Shown piece by piece: positions 12,612 to 28,985 of a DNA stretch of 64,000 bases. The stretch is from the human T2T-CHM13v2.0 reference genome, Homo sapiens. The position numbers and the translations under genes were made by a program. Under the pieces are notes generated by a model. The model saw only the letters and a list, made by a program, of their open reading frames with translations, ran no database searches and was not told the origin of the DNA. Each line of letters starts with the position of its first letter. The stretch's first letter is position 1. The stretch lies in the NCBI RefSeq assembly GCF_009914755.1, contig NC_060928.1. The stretch is one strand, 5' to 3'.

Positions 12612-13306
12612 TGTAACTGCCTGAGAGGTTCTTCCTGCCCACTGCATAAAGACAGCCCACGGCACTGTAGTAGAGAAAGCATTTAATAGACACGAGGCCA
12701 GCCACACCACGTGGGAGACGGAGTTCCTACTCAAATCATCTCATCCAAAGCTCATAGGATAGGGGTTTTTCAAGGGCAGTTTGGGGGAAGGGTAAGGAGT
12801 GACCAGGCAACAAGGTGCTTGCTGCTGATCGGTGGGGGCAAGGATGAAATCATAGGGGGTTGAAGCTGTCCTCCTGAGCAGGCTGAATTGCTTCTGGGTA
12901 GGGCCACAAGAGTTGGGGGGTTTGTTGATGCAGGTGGAGCCATGGCTGTCAGACATGCAATAAAACCTGGAAAGATATCTCAAAAGACCAATCTACAAAA
13001 GTGATGTTATTTGTAGGAGTAACTGGGGAGGTTGCATATCTTACAACATCTGGAATAATGTCTGCACCTTAGCAGGACTCAGGTGCCTCTCCTCCCCTCA
13101 ACCTGATGGTCTCCTATTAGCTTTACGAAAACGGTTGAATTTTGAACAAGTCTTATTATCATTTAAAGTGTAGCCTAAATGTCTTCCAAAATTAGCTTGG
13201 CCCAATAGCCCAGAAATAATTAAGGGAAAGGCAAGATGGGGGTTGAGTTAGCTTAGCTTACTGTTGTAATTTTCTCATTGATATAACTTTTGGAAAGGTA
13301 GTTTCA
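12612..13306 (-). mobile_element. ERV1 solo LTR (LTR8/MER4-group-like)
   Basis: TG...CA termini (TGTAACTGCC ... GGTAGTTTCA); the reverse complement starts TGAAACTACCTTT; ACTCAAATCA and GATGAAATCATAGGGGGTTGAAGCTGTCCTC motifs; exact subfamily uncertain. Confidence 0.85.
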
Positions 13307-13789
13307 CTATTCATAATGACAGTTATCTTAAAAGCTAGATTTTCCATCCCATGTAAATATAGGAACAATCAAGTATTTGTCCAGCCTGCGTATTGATGAC
13401 TTTTTATGATTTTAAAATAAATTGTGATGAATTACAGTGCATTTGATATAATTTTCATGGTTTGCCTGTATAAAATAAATTTTATATTTCCTAGATTCCT
13501 TGGGCCGTTTGAAGAGGGTTTTTAAAGAACAAGTTACTAAAATAGTTCAGCAAATCCTTATCAGTGTCATCAAGACAAATGAATATTATTTTGCCTTTAA
13601 GGAACTGTGTCCTGAAATAAATAAACATACAGAGTTACACATATCTGGTATTTTCAAAGGGACAATAAGTTAACTATGAAATTTTCACTGGATGATATTT
13701 GAAGATAGTATTATATTTTTGTTCTTGTGGTTTAGAATGTTTCTTCTTAAGACAGGTAAAATAGAAAATAAAATGTTATCTGGAATAAT

Positions 13790-14078
13790 TTTTTTTTTTT
13801 TTGAGATGGAGTCTTGATCTGTTGCTAGGTGCAGTGGCATGATCTCGGCCCACTGCAACCTCCACCTCCAGAGTTGAAGTGATTCTTCTGTCTCATCCTC
13901 CCAGGTAGTTGGGATTACAGGTGTGCACCACCACTCCTGGCTAATTCTTTGTATTTTTAGTAGAGACAGGGTTTCACCATGTTGGCTGGGTTGGTCTCGA
14001 ATTCCTGAGCTCAAGTGATCCACCTGCCTCGACCTCCCAAAGTGCTGGGATTACGGGTGTCAGCCACCATGCCCGGCC
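13790..14078 (-). mobile_element. AluS (Sx/Sz-like)
   Basis: Full antisense dimer with poly-T; flanking repeat TGGAATAAT on both sides. Confidence 0.97.
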
Positions 14079-16003
14079 TTGGAATAATGTAATTTTATTA
14101 TGATGATAAAAATATTTTCTCCAATAATAATGCTACTTTTTGTGGAGGAGGACATAACTTCTAATGATTATTTCATTTTAAAGATTTGGCCATGTATTAA
14201 GCAGATGCCAAGATTTGGGTAGCCAAGTGCAGCAGATCCACTGGTGTTCTGCAGAAGTAACTTCACACATTTAGGTATGGCTCTCCTAAAAGTAATGTGA
14301 GCTTGCAAATTTCAAACCAAGGATTTAGGGTACAGGCTTTTCTAGCAATGTCAAATGACACTTTCCCCAAGCTTGGGCTCCCAGCCTTAGCATTATACTC
14401 AAAAAATATTTCATATATTTTTTTCCATTGCTTCAAAAGTTTTGGTGTTTTCCAAGAGAATAGAAACAAATTATTTCTATTCTTCATCTTTGTGTTTTTT
14501 TCTTGTTCCTAGCACCGAGTCTCTTCAAAAACTTTACACATCAAAATCTTGTTACCTAATTGTGTAATTAGTTCTAAAAGCCACTATATGATCTGTCTCT
14601 TTTTACTTTAAAAAGTTAACAGATTGAATGTTGAGTTGAGGATGATTGCTAGCAGGGTCTTATTGAACTGACACTCAGATGGCAGAGATTATCAGCAGTG
14701 CTCACACATTACTTAAGTGAGGATTTTAATTTCTGTAAATGAACAGTCTATGCATGAAATATAAATGATGAAAAATTAAGCTATAGTACCTTCCTGTAAG
14801 GCTAATTAGAAAAACCTGAAGCTACAGTAATGATTAAAACTATGGATTAGTACATCAAGGGAAAATGGCCTTTTATGGTATTTCTATAAATTGAATTTAA
14901 ATACACCGTAGGTTATGGTAAGAACCTCTAAAAATAGAAGATGACTTTCCACATTAAATATACATAAACACACACCAGTGATTGTTAGATGAATTATTCA
15001 CCACAGTAACAAAATGCATAATATATTTTAAAAAGAAGTCCTGCTCCCAAACTTACTAATACTAGTACACACACAGAAACACATGCAATGTTGTATTGAT
15101 GAGCAATGGGTTGAGTAGACTTAATTCTATTCTTTTGCTCAAATATTATGATAGCTGCGTTTCCAAGATTCCACAAACAAATCTATGTTATTGATTTCCT
15201 TTAGTAGATTTTGGAAGACTGAACTCTATTGTTAAAGCTGCCTCAAAGCTCTTGTAGATTTGTGAGGTTTAAAAAATAAATGTGTATTAGTGCTAGGTAA
15301 ACTGATATTTTTGATCAATTGGAAGTTTTATCATGGGAATTACTTGATTTTTATGTGTACCCCTCAAAATAAGAAATTTTATTTAGAGAAAAAAGAAATT
15401 GGTCAAATATTATTGGGTTGCCATATTTTAAACCATTTTACATTTAGAAAAAAAATCCCAAATGATCATTTTGAAGCAATACCATACTTTTTGTCTTGAT
15501 TCCTTAGGTCTTAATCATTGTCAATCTTGTCGTTAATTTTTCCTAACACTTTCTATTCTGGCTCTCATACTCTCTCTCTTTACTCTTTTACCCTCAGATG
15601 GGTCAGGATTATTAGTTTCTTCCACACATTTGCCATGGAGTACTTGCTCACGCATGGAAGCTGAAAGGTATACTTTCGGAGAATTCATACCCTTCCTTGT
15701 ACTCTGAAGATTTCCAAGGTTTTGGGATATGTTTTTCTGAATATAGACATGGGCATAAAGTTTATAAGCTTCAGCACTGAAAAATAACAGGGAGTGAAAA
15801 TATATGATGAAATTAATTTACATGTCTCCATTTACAAGATCATGGCAATTTAATTTCTCTGGGTCTCAGTATCTAAGTCTATAAAATAATTGGCTGAAGG
15901 AAGTGAGGCTACTAAACCAGATTATTTACATAATTCTATTCAGCTAGAAAATGGTATGCTTTTATGGCCTGGCTTTAAATATGGCCTGTTCTTGATGTTT
16001 ATT

Positions 16004-16036
16004 AAAAAAAAAAAAAGAAGAAGAAGAAGAAGAAGA
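16004..16036. repeat. (A)n-(GAA)n microsatellite
   Basis: A-run followed by about 6 GAA units. Confidence 0.85.
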
Positions 16037-17251
16037 GAAATAAATAGAAAACAACTGTAGATTAGGGCCCTAATGTAGCTTATTTGTGTTTTATATTGGT
16101 TGGGTGAGGCCATATAAAAAATGTATGAGAGCTATATGCCACAGGTTCAGAAAAATCAATTGACAGGATAAGTTAAAGTAAAGGAAACAAGTGGTCCAGT
16201 TTCACACTGTAAGCCTGTGATGAGGATGAGCACACAATTGCCTTAAGCACGACCTGGGCTGAAATATTGACTACTGCCTTGAAGTGAAAAATGTAACCAT
16301 GAATTACTATGCGTTTTAACAGCAGGGGATTTTTAATTGTGAGGAGGTGAATACATGAAAAAAAAGAATTATTTATATTTTTAAGAAAAAAATTACCATG
16401 GAAGAGAATTGCAGAGGGTCTTAATTATCTTGGTATAAAGAGTTAGTGATAATTTTCTGTTAAATGAAGAGCTACTTGGGCCAAATAATTAGTTAGATAC
16501 CAAATTTAATTATTTCTTTTTCATTGAATTGATGTTCTGTTTTGGTGTCAATAACCAGATTTGGTTTATATTAAATTTAAGCACAATGTTGTTAAGTGAG
16601 GTGGAATAGAATGAAATAAATTCATCCTATATAACATATTTTACATTATGGAATAAATCAAGGCAAGGAATCTTAGAATCATTTCATTGTTATGGTTGTG
16701 GGGATATCTAGCAACTTCAGGTTCGTTTAATTTGTATTTCTATTAGCAGGAAGGACAGTGAACAGGGATGTATAATTAGAAGGGAAAATTCAGAGTTATA
16801 TCAGACAAAACAGCAACAGTCCTTCTCTGTGTAATTTTTGCGATATCGGTGTGGATTGTACTGGATTTTACAGAACATGAAGAAAAACTGGTAACAGAAA
16901 CATGAAACTTTAAAACATTTGATTACACTTTCGAGTTTCAAATTTTGACTCTACCTTTATAAGTACAGATGTAAAAAAAAGTCCAAACAGAAACCACAAG
17001 GTGTACAACAGTGTGATTATTATCTTTTATTTTTAAACAAGAACACATAAAATTGTGTTGACTTACATATTTTTAAAATGCAAGAAAAGATTAATAGAGT
17101 ATAGCAGGTAGCAGATTTTCACTTTTCATTATACTTTTATTTGCTGTCTGCAGTCTCTAAACATTAATATTTTTACTATGCTTTGATATATACTTTATGC
17201 TATAACTTCCTCCCAAAGATTCACAATGTACATTAATAAGAATTCTGAGTA

Positions 17252-17569
<318 letters not shown>

Positions 17570-17778
17570 TCAAAGATAACTTTAACATTTGTTTAACTAA
17601 ACAAATCAACTATTTACCTGTGTTTCTTAAGTAAAAACACTTGGGAAAATGCTATTCTTTATAATACCTATATAACTTGCAAGGAAAATGCAAATCATTA
17701 TCAAATATCTCATTGGTATGAACAATCATATTTTACAAATATTGCTCTGAATCCTAAATTACTCAGTTGGAGAGGAAA

Positions 17779-17874
17779 GTAGGTGGATGGATGGATAAAT
17801 ATTATAGATAGAGAGACTATTAATAGATAGATAGTAGGTAGGTAGGTAGATAGATGATAGATGACGGTAGATAG
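17779..17874. repeat. Compound tetranucleotide STR (GGAT/GATA/GGTA)
   Basis: GGATGGATGGAT...TAGATAGATAGTAGGTAGGTAGGTAGATAGATGATAGATG. Confidence 0.85.
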
Positions 17875-18779
17875 TAAGCGAACAAAACCCCAGCTTATCA
17901 AATTCACTTTGTAGGTTGATACAACCTAAGTGACAATGAACAGCAGAAACTGGGAAGGTAGTTTCACTTAATGCTAACATCAAGTTATATAAATATTCTC
18001 TGAACATCAGATGTATCTCCTGAGGGACAATATATACAACATACACACACTCACACTCACATTCAAGTTCTAGCAAAATGAAAAATTAGCCTAGGCTATT
18101 GACTTCCTCACTAAAACACAACATAGGAGATGCTAGAGGAGAGACTAGGACCCATTTTTAGCAACTAACAACATGCCTTTTAGGAACTCAAAAGGACCAC
18201 AGATTCTGAAGGAGAAATAAAAAAGAGCTTTCCAGGTATGTTCTTTTCTCTACCCATCACTCTGCCTGCATCAGTGTAACATCAAGACCACTCTGGGTCT
18301 GGCGGGTATGGTTCTACACAAGTGCAAGTAATTAGGCATCCTCACAATGTTCCCCTCTCACCCTCTCTCTCACAACTAGGAAACTGTATCAGTGAAAAAT
18401 GGTTTCAAGAAAACAACAGAGCCACAGCCAGCACATCTGAAAGCCCTGTTGTAGATAAGGGAATCCTAGAAGAGAAATCGAGTAGATTATGACCAAGAAA
18501 GCCCAGATGTCAATCAAGAAATTCTCTGCCTTGAAATGTGTCCTCAATTCCCCTCTACATATTCACCCCTAGGTGCCTATGCTAGGGCCTAGGTTTTTAT
18601 CTCCTCCCTTAATAATCAGTATTAGTAGACAACTGATGGTACCAAGTATTTTAAAGGTGAGCTCACAGTGAAGTTTTAGTGAAACCACTGTGAAAGGAAA
18701 CAAAGGCTGTGAATAACTCATTTCAGAGGACAGGGATAGTAGATACACACAGCAAGATGGGAAAGAGGATTGGAAACAT

Positions 18780-20480
<1,701 letters not shown>

Positions 20481-20698
20481 TAAGAGCAAACAAGTTTTCC
20501 TCCCTAATGAAGGGTTGTATGCCCCTATCCACTGTTGAGCATTTCAGCCCACGATACTTGCATTGATGGATGGATTGAGTATATACATTTTTAGAATATC
20601 TGTGATACTTCTGAGCCAAAATATTAGGAACCTTTGTAGTGTGTGGCACCATTTTTTTTTCCTCTGATATCAGCACTGTCTAAGACATGGGCTATTCT

Positions 20699-21327
<629 letters not shown>

Positions 21328-22589
21328 TTATTCTGTGAGCCTTGAATATGGTGAGAAGATTTGCTGCCTACCTATAATGAAACTCATAGATTGAGTTTAA
21401 GTTACAGGATTGGAATATGGACACTAAACCTAGGTATTGTCTCTTGGCTAATTCTACTAGAACTTGTAAATAAACTACTTGTTCAACTTCTTACACTAAG
21501 GAGACTTTTCAAACCTATGCCTTTTCTTGCAATAAATTATTTAATTATTTGTTGAGCTTTACTTGCAGGGAAAATGTTGAAGTAGAGTTAGATCATGAAA
21601 ACTTAGGTTGACAGAAAAGTGGCATATTGTAGAAATGTGACACTTTGGGAATTTACCCATTTACATGCTCCTTTTGACTCCTGCACAGACCAGTTTTTCA
21701 ACATCCCCAGTCTCATTATGTCAATCAGAAGTTGTTCCTGGTTGCCACCCTTTCCACAAAACAGAGAGAACTCAACCTGGAACTTCCATCTCATTGGCTT
21801 AATTTCTTCTAAGAGTCAGTAAGAGAGGTGAGAGTTCATCATTTTGGGCGGGTAATTTTATAGTACTTAGAGATGCAAGTTTAGAAAGAAAGGTAAAAGA
21901 CATCAAAACATGTTTCAGGGCAAGTCACACTGACCAAATGAAAATATAATGTTTACTAATTGTTCATTTTAAACCAAAACTAAATCACTGTCTGAACAAA
22001 ATGCATACTTAGTATTACTTTTCTATCTGCAAAAGTTACAATATTGTGTAAGAAAATACCAAAATATAGGCTGATACTACTTTATCATTTTCTTTATTCA
22101 AAATGAGCTTAATCACAGAACAAATTTTGAGAAAACTACTAGTACCAATTAACTGTAATTATTTGTGAGGTGTGTATACTATTCAGATTATGCTTCCACT
22201 TTCGCAAAGTCTCATAGAAAGATTTGCCCCAGTATGCAAAGAAAAAAATTGAGTTAATTGAAACACTCAGTTTAAGTCATCATTTGAATGATGGCAAAGA
22301 TAACACCTCAAATTTATTTTTCCTAGTAATTTTGTGTAGTCGTATTTGTTTTTCCTGAGTTTCTCTTTATTTAGTTCTTCTCTGTTTGTTGGCACTCTAT
22401 CAATCAGTAGCAGAGAACAGAGAAATCATTGGATTCTCTACTGGAAGGAACTAGAGGCAGTATGGAAAACAGTGTTGCCAAGTCAACCAAGCACTCAAAA
22501 TAGAATTAAAATCTCATGATAACTACAACCACAATATGCCAAGAGGGAAACAAAAAAGAAATTGTTCCCAAATGAGAGAGGAGGGAAAG

Positions 22590-22710
22590 CAGCATGGAGT
22601 AGTAAGACTCTTGGTTCTTTGAATAACTTGCTTTATGTCCTTGAGTGATTCACTTAATTTCCCTGGGTTTTGGATTCCTCTCTGTAAATTGAGAGAATTG
22701 GACTAAATCA
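22590..22710 (+). mobile_element. MIR fragment
   Basis: CTTGAGTGATTCACTTAATTTCCCTGGGTTTTGGATTCCTCTCTGTAAATTGAGAGAATTGGACTAAATC. Confidence 0.6.
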
Positions 22711-23563
22711 GTAGTTTCCAAATTATGAACCTTGGAATAATTGCAAGGGGACTTGAATTTGTATGCTTTATATACTTCCACAATCACCAGGATCCAAAAG
22801 TCCAATTGAAGTCATGTGGAAGCTGGAAAAATATTTTTACATTTTTTAAAAGGTTATTTAGGATATACTGGCTAAATAACATATGAAGTTTTCTTAGACT
22901 ACAGAATACCATTATGAGTTAGACATCCAGATGTTGAAATGTTGAAGTGTATAATTCTTGATTAAAGTCTTTCTTGCAAAAGCAGCATTGTTATTGCAAG
23001 GAACAATGGCTAGCAATTGGGACTCAGGTTTCTAGGCCAGACTTTCATGCATTAATTTTGTGACCTTGGATGGGTTATTTAAATTTTCAGTTTATTTGTT
23101 TGAGGTAACTATTTGAAAAGACTTAGACAAATTTTAAAGTGTTCTTCAAATACAAGATGGTTTTATTGCTTCTATTCATCACTGCTCTCAGCCTCATAAT
23201 GCTAAATTTGCAGAGCAGGAATCTGAATTAGCTGTCAGGTCTGTTTATTACTGTGGCTGTCCTTGCGTCTTCCTTTTCTTTTACTCCTTCCATATTAGTG
23301 TGCTATTTATCTCCCCAGTTCTTTTTTCCACTATTAGGCTGATATATTATTTGTGGCTTAAGGATTTTTAATACTTATATAACTCATACAGTGATACTTG
23401 CTATTTTGAGAAAAGAAATAATATGGATTTATCTTATTCTTAGAGACAATTAAAAGCAAGCCAATAGATTGCCTAAAGTTGCATAGAAAATAATAATTTA
23501 ATATCATTTTGTATTCCAATTATTTTGTCTCCTTCTTTGTGCCTGTAAATTTCTTGGGAAATA

Positions 23564-23941
23564 CAGTCATGTCACTTAACCATAAAGATATGTTCTGAGA
23601 AATATGTCCTTAGGCGATTTTGTCCTTATGTGAACATCATAGAGTGTACTTACACAAACCTGGCTGGTATATCCTACTGTACCCATAGGCCATATGGTAT
23701 AGCCTACTGCTCGTAGGCTACAAACCTGTACAGCGTGTTACTGTATTGAATGCTGTAGGCAATTGTAACACAGTGGTGAGCATTTGTGTATGTAAACATA
23801 GCTAAACATAGAAAAAGTATTGTGTTGTGCACTACATTGGGACAGCTACTGATCAGAATTTTTCAGCTCTATTATAATCTAATGGGATCACTATTGTACA
23901 TGTGGTCATTGACTGAAACGTCACAATACATGGCATGGCTG
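23564..23941. mobile_element. Tigger3-derived MITE (Tigger3a/MER7-like)
   Basis: TIR-like ends CAGTCATG...CATGGCTG preceded by TA; internal GAACATCATAGAGTGTACTTACACAAACCT matches recalled Tigger3. Confidence 0.9.
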
Positions 23942-24657
23942 TTATGATCCTTTTTTCCTCAGATCATTCTTCAGCTGTGTGCATGTGTGTAAGTGCTTGC
24001 ATACATGTGCATTTCTCTCTCCTTCAGAGCAGTGCTTAGTAAAAAGATCCCATTTCTATTCTTGTCAGTTACTCATGTGTCTCTCTGATAGACCTCATGA
24101 TCACTGAAGCTGCTGCTGTCCTGGGAGGGATGCTTAGTTTGCTGAGAAACTGATGGAAACTCACTCCTTGTCCAGTTATTGGATTCTGCACTCAAGCAGT
24201 TTGAGCAGATGGACTTGCTTGGAAAGGGAAATAAGGGGTTATCTCTTGAAACAGAAGGGATTAGGGCTTCAAATGTCTGGACAGATGAAGCACCCAGCTT
24301 TCAGAATTATTAAAGATAGTCTTGGAAAGCAACACAGATTCTCCAACACTCAACAGCCTTACTCTTCATATCAACTTTTAATCTACCACCTTTTAACAAA
24401 GTTTTACAGATGTGGATGAATGTTACAAAAGGTCAACCAATTACATATTCATCAGAAAATATAGGATAGAGTAATGAAAGGCCATTTTTGTTTTACTGCA
24501 GAAAAACACATGAATCTAATTTAAAGGAAAACTCCTACATACATTAAGAATAAGCTTTTCTATATTTGACATGCTTGGCAAGGGAGCACATTTTTCTTTG
24601 ATAAATTGGCATGTTATCCTTAAGTATGAGTGCTTTATAATTACAATTTAAAAGTAA

Positions 24658-25076
<419 letters not shown>

Positions 25077-25519
25077 ATTTTAGGACATGTGCAAAGGTGG
25101 ATATAGAAGAGATTTATTGATGTTCTGGTCCCTACTTTTCTTTAACTTACCTCTCAACCCATCTAAATACGATATGTATTTCTTTTCATGTCTCTCAAAA
25201 CTTTTTCCCCATTAAGCATTCTTATTTTATTCTGTCTAAAGAAATGTGCTATTGACATTTTTGTGGTATAATTTATTACTAGATAATGTCTTATTCCATA
25301 AACAACTTACAACTGACAATTATATATTCTGATATATATTCTTATCAGGAACAAACTATGTAAAGAATGTATGCTACTTTCCTCAGAGTTACTAAAGAAA
25401 ATGAAAGAGGAATTAAGAACATTAAGAGTCCCTTATCTTAAAGAGGTTACCATTAAGTTGATTACATATGGAATTTGGTATAAACTAAGGCCCTGTTATA
25501 AATTTACTTCATCTTCAGA

Positions 25520-25695
25520 ATAATAGCCACCATTTCCTGAGTAACTATTAGGTTCCAGCAACTGTACTAAGCACTTCACATAATCATCTTAATTTTCTCA
25601 CAAGAATCTTTTGAAGTAGATATTATTAGGATTTTAAAGTAAAAGAAACTGGGACCTAGAGATTAATTAACTTTTACATTATCACATAGTTACAG
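25520..25695 (-). mobile_element. MIR SINE
   Basis: GCAACTGTACTAAGCACTTCACATAATCATCTTAATTTTCTCACAAG...GAAACTGGGACCTAGAGA. Confidence 0.65.
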
Positions 25696-26320
25696 ATTAT
25701 ATCAGCAGAGCCACTGGAAGTGATATATAGTAAGGATTTATTATACTGATTTGACCTTATGCATTTGTGGGAGCTGGTTTAACCATCTATGTAAAGGTTG
25801 TCTTTCTGTCTAGTGATGGAGACAGACATCAGAAGGAAAGATAATTGGGAAGAGATGTTGGATGTGAGCTAGGGAAAAACAAGGACAAACTGTACCTCAT
25901 TATCAATAACTGGATTCTATGAGGATAGCCTGGAACATGTATCAGGCTCTCACCTTCCCTAAGCCTCCAATTTTGACAATAGGAGTCCACGCAAGATAAT
26001 CTAGTGCTCTTTGTCATGGAGCTAAACACCCACCTGTTCCAGGATTTGGGGAGGCAAAAGGAAGATGGAGTAGGAGCTGAAGGAAACTTAGTTCTGTTTG
26101 CTGTCCCACACAACAAGATGAGCTGACAGATAAGTGACAATGTGCATGAGGTGCAATGGCACCTAGTACCCCTGCACTGAACTTAGCTCAGAAAAATATT
26201 TTAAAAAATGACCGATGGTCTTGGGTAAAATAGCTACTCTAAACTCTAGGCTGACTTGGAAATAGCAAGAAAGAGAATTGTAAGAAATGTAGTCTCAGCT
26301 TGGCTTAATTGACCCAATAT
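25696..26320 (-). mobile_element. Old ERVL-type LTR (MLT2-like)
   Basis: GCAGAGCCACTGGAAGTGATATATAGTAAGGATTTATTATACTGATTTGACCTTATGCATTTGTGGGAGCTGG, an antisense ERVL LTR pattern; it interrupts the MIR. Confidence 0.55.
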
Positions 26321-26779
26321 AATCATGTGAATCCACGGTGAATCCATGATTCAAACATAGATTTTTTTCTGACACCACACACTATTAACCTCCATGCAAG
26401 GGTATGTTGTCCCATTTCCTTATGGATTATTCATTCTACGTTTTTGTTACTGTAATCGACAGTGCTCCTAATTTTTCTCACCCACAACACTCCTGTGTAA
26501 ACCTACATAATTTGGGAAATACAGTTAAGCTGAAGCTACAAGCAAATTTGCTGATCAGAAAAAAAAATTCTCTAAAAGTTAAAAATGTTGCTTTATTTTG
26601 GCAGGAAAATAAAAAGGATTTACACTGGCATCACTGCCCCCTGCTATCCTTCATCCTCTTTTGGCTGGGTTAGAAAATCCTGGAATTGAATCTACTTCAA
26701 GAAAGACTCACATTCCTACCTTTCCCCCACAGCCAGAGCATGGCTACTCCCAGGGAAAACCCTACAATTCTCTCTATTC

Positions 26780-28190
26780 TTGTTTCCATTTGTAACCCCA
26801 TGATGTCCAGGACTACCAAGTAATTCTTTTTTCCCAGACTCTAATCTGTACCCAACTCTGTAACATTCTTTTATGTATCTATCAGTTACCACTCTGCAAC
26901 TTCAGTAGACTAAGCAATTCAGTCTTCAGAAATATTTTCCACCTTTTGCGGAATGGGCCTCTCACTTTCTTACTATCACAGAAACCTGGCTCTCCCCAGA
27001 AGCCCCAGAATTCCCCACATCCCTCTCAGTGACTATTTTCTCTTCCAGTCTTATTTCAACTGGGCATGGGAGTGACATAGATGATAATTCTGTTCTGCTC
27101 AGGCATTTCCGAGCCAATTTCCTTTCTTTTCTGTAAGTTCCCCAGCTTTGGATCATACCACATACCACACTCTATACCTCCTTGTTATACTTGTAGCCAT
27201 CTGTGAAACCAAGGCCACTCTCTATGCTTCTTTGGAGAGTTTTGCTCCTGCCTCATTGTCACTTCTACAGTACTCCTGTCACATCCTGGGTAACTTCCTT
27301 ATTGATTTAGATGAAACATGCCCATTTCTGCTCTTTCAATACTTTAATCTTTTTTTCCTTATAATAATTGCTCTCTTACCCTACTTAATAAACTCATTTT
27401 CTCATGGTCATAGTTTTTGTCATTAATAACTATAATTATTCCATAATCTCAGTTTTTAGGATTTTGTTCTCAGAAAACCAACTTTTTCCTCTATCTCAGG
27501 CTAGTCTCCTTACTCCAATAATACTTCATCCCTATCAGGCCTTACATTACATTGATACTCTTTGCTTGTCTATACTCATTACTTTGAGGATCTCATTAGT
27601 CTTATAGTTTCAATTACCTTCCAAATGCTGATGATTTCTTTTGTTTTATCTTCCATCTACAAATTTCCCATGAACTGTAGATTTATATATCCAAGTGCTT
27701 GACAACTCAAGCTTTTTCATGTGTCAAACTGGATTTTTTAGCCCCTCTCCCCTAATTTATTTCTCTTACCATCTTTGACATTTTGGCTAATGGCAGTTTC
27801 ACTTTTCCAATTGCAAAGATCTAAAATCTTAAAGTTATCCTTCATTCTTTCTCTTTCACAATGTATATGTAATCTAAAGGTAAATTAAGCTAGCCTGCTT
27901 TTAAAATATAGACAGAAGGTGACCTCTTCTCACTTTCAATGGCACCACTTTTATGAAAGCTTATTTTACTTTTTTGCCTGGATTGTTTCACTCTTTCCAC
28001 CCTTTTCACCTATTGTCAGAACAAAAATCAAACATGTCCAATTAAAACAACCAAATTATGTCACGTTCTCCTTAAAAGTCTCCAATAATTTCTATTACCA
28101 CTCAGAGAATAAAGCCAAAGTCATTAAAAAGCCTTAGCTTCTCTACGTGGTTATGCACCCTGCTTCTTCTCATATCACCTCCTATTAATT
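26780..28190 (+). mobile_element. L2 LINE long fragment (endonuclease/RT remnants)
   Basis: ACTATCACAGAAACCTGGCTCTCCCCAGAAG encodes (L)TITETWLSPE, an APE-type motif; CAAATGCTGATGATTTC is an RT YADD-like site; L2 3' motifs follow. Confidence 0.75.
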
Positions 28191-28194
28191 TCCC

Positions 28195-28654
28195 TCTGGT
28201 AGAACTTGAATATCCAACCTCATTCCACCCTCATTCCATCGGAGAAGTTATAAAGCTAAACTCTACATTTCCTAGACTCCCTAGAATCTGGGTTGTAAAC
28301 TATTTTCTACAGACTAAATGCACTTGTGAGTGATTTAAAACTCAGAAGAGAGGGAAAGGTCACCTCCTTTGCCTGAGTTCATTGAGGCGGTTGAAATGGT
28401 AACCTCAGTATCCTGTGCTTGTCTCCGGCTTCACTCATAGGTAGACACTGTGGGTATCATGAAGAATGAAAGTAGCAGACACCAGTCTCTGTTCTTTCCA
28501 TCACAGCTAAGATGGTAGAGTCCTTCAACTCCTTAAACCTGTAGCAGACCTTTCCTTGATTCTGTAAACAACACATTATTCCCTGTATTCAATATTTTGT
28601 TGTTTGATTTACAAAGAGCAGTTTCTTTTCCTGTATTCAATACCTATTGATACA
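28195..28654 (+). mobile_element. LTR33-like ERVL LTR inserted in L2
   Basis: AAGCTAAACTCTACATTTCCTAGACTCCCT...AATGCACTTGTGAGTGATTT; ends ...TTGATACA. Confidence 0.7.
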
Positions 28655-28985
28655 CTTCCTCTTTCTCACTTTGATCTTCAGAAAAATGTCATTGTCTCAG
28701 TGAGATCTTTACCTGCCACGGTTCCTAAAATTTCACCTTCCCCAAGACATTTTCTATTTTCATTCCATGATTTATTTTTGCTTAGCACTTTCCATTTTTT
28801 AGTATGTAATTTATTTCATATATCTTACCTATTTCTTATCTCTGACTCTCCCTCCCCACATCAGGAATTAAAGCTTTATATAAGCCAGGATTTAAAACAA
28901 GGTCATTGCTGCATACTCCCTCCTTCCTCCTTAGAACAGTGCCTAGTATGTTGTAGTTACTCTGGAAATACTTGAGTGAATGAAT
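28655..28985 (+). mobile_element. L2 3' end (continuation)
   Basis: CTTAGAACAGTGCCTAGTATGTTGTAG...AAATACTTGAGTGAATGAAT. Confidence 0.75.

Noticed and set aside
24145-24312. Protein-looking frame LLDSALKQFEQMDLLGKGNKG after a weak acceptor
   Set aside because: No recognisable homology, bounded by stops, and no convincing donor
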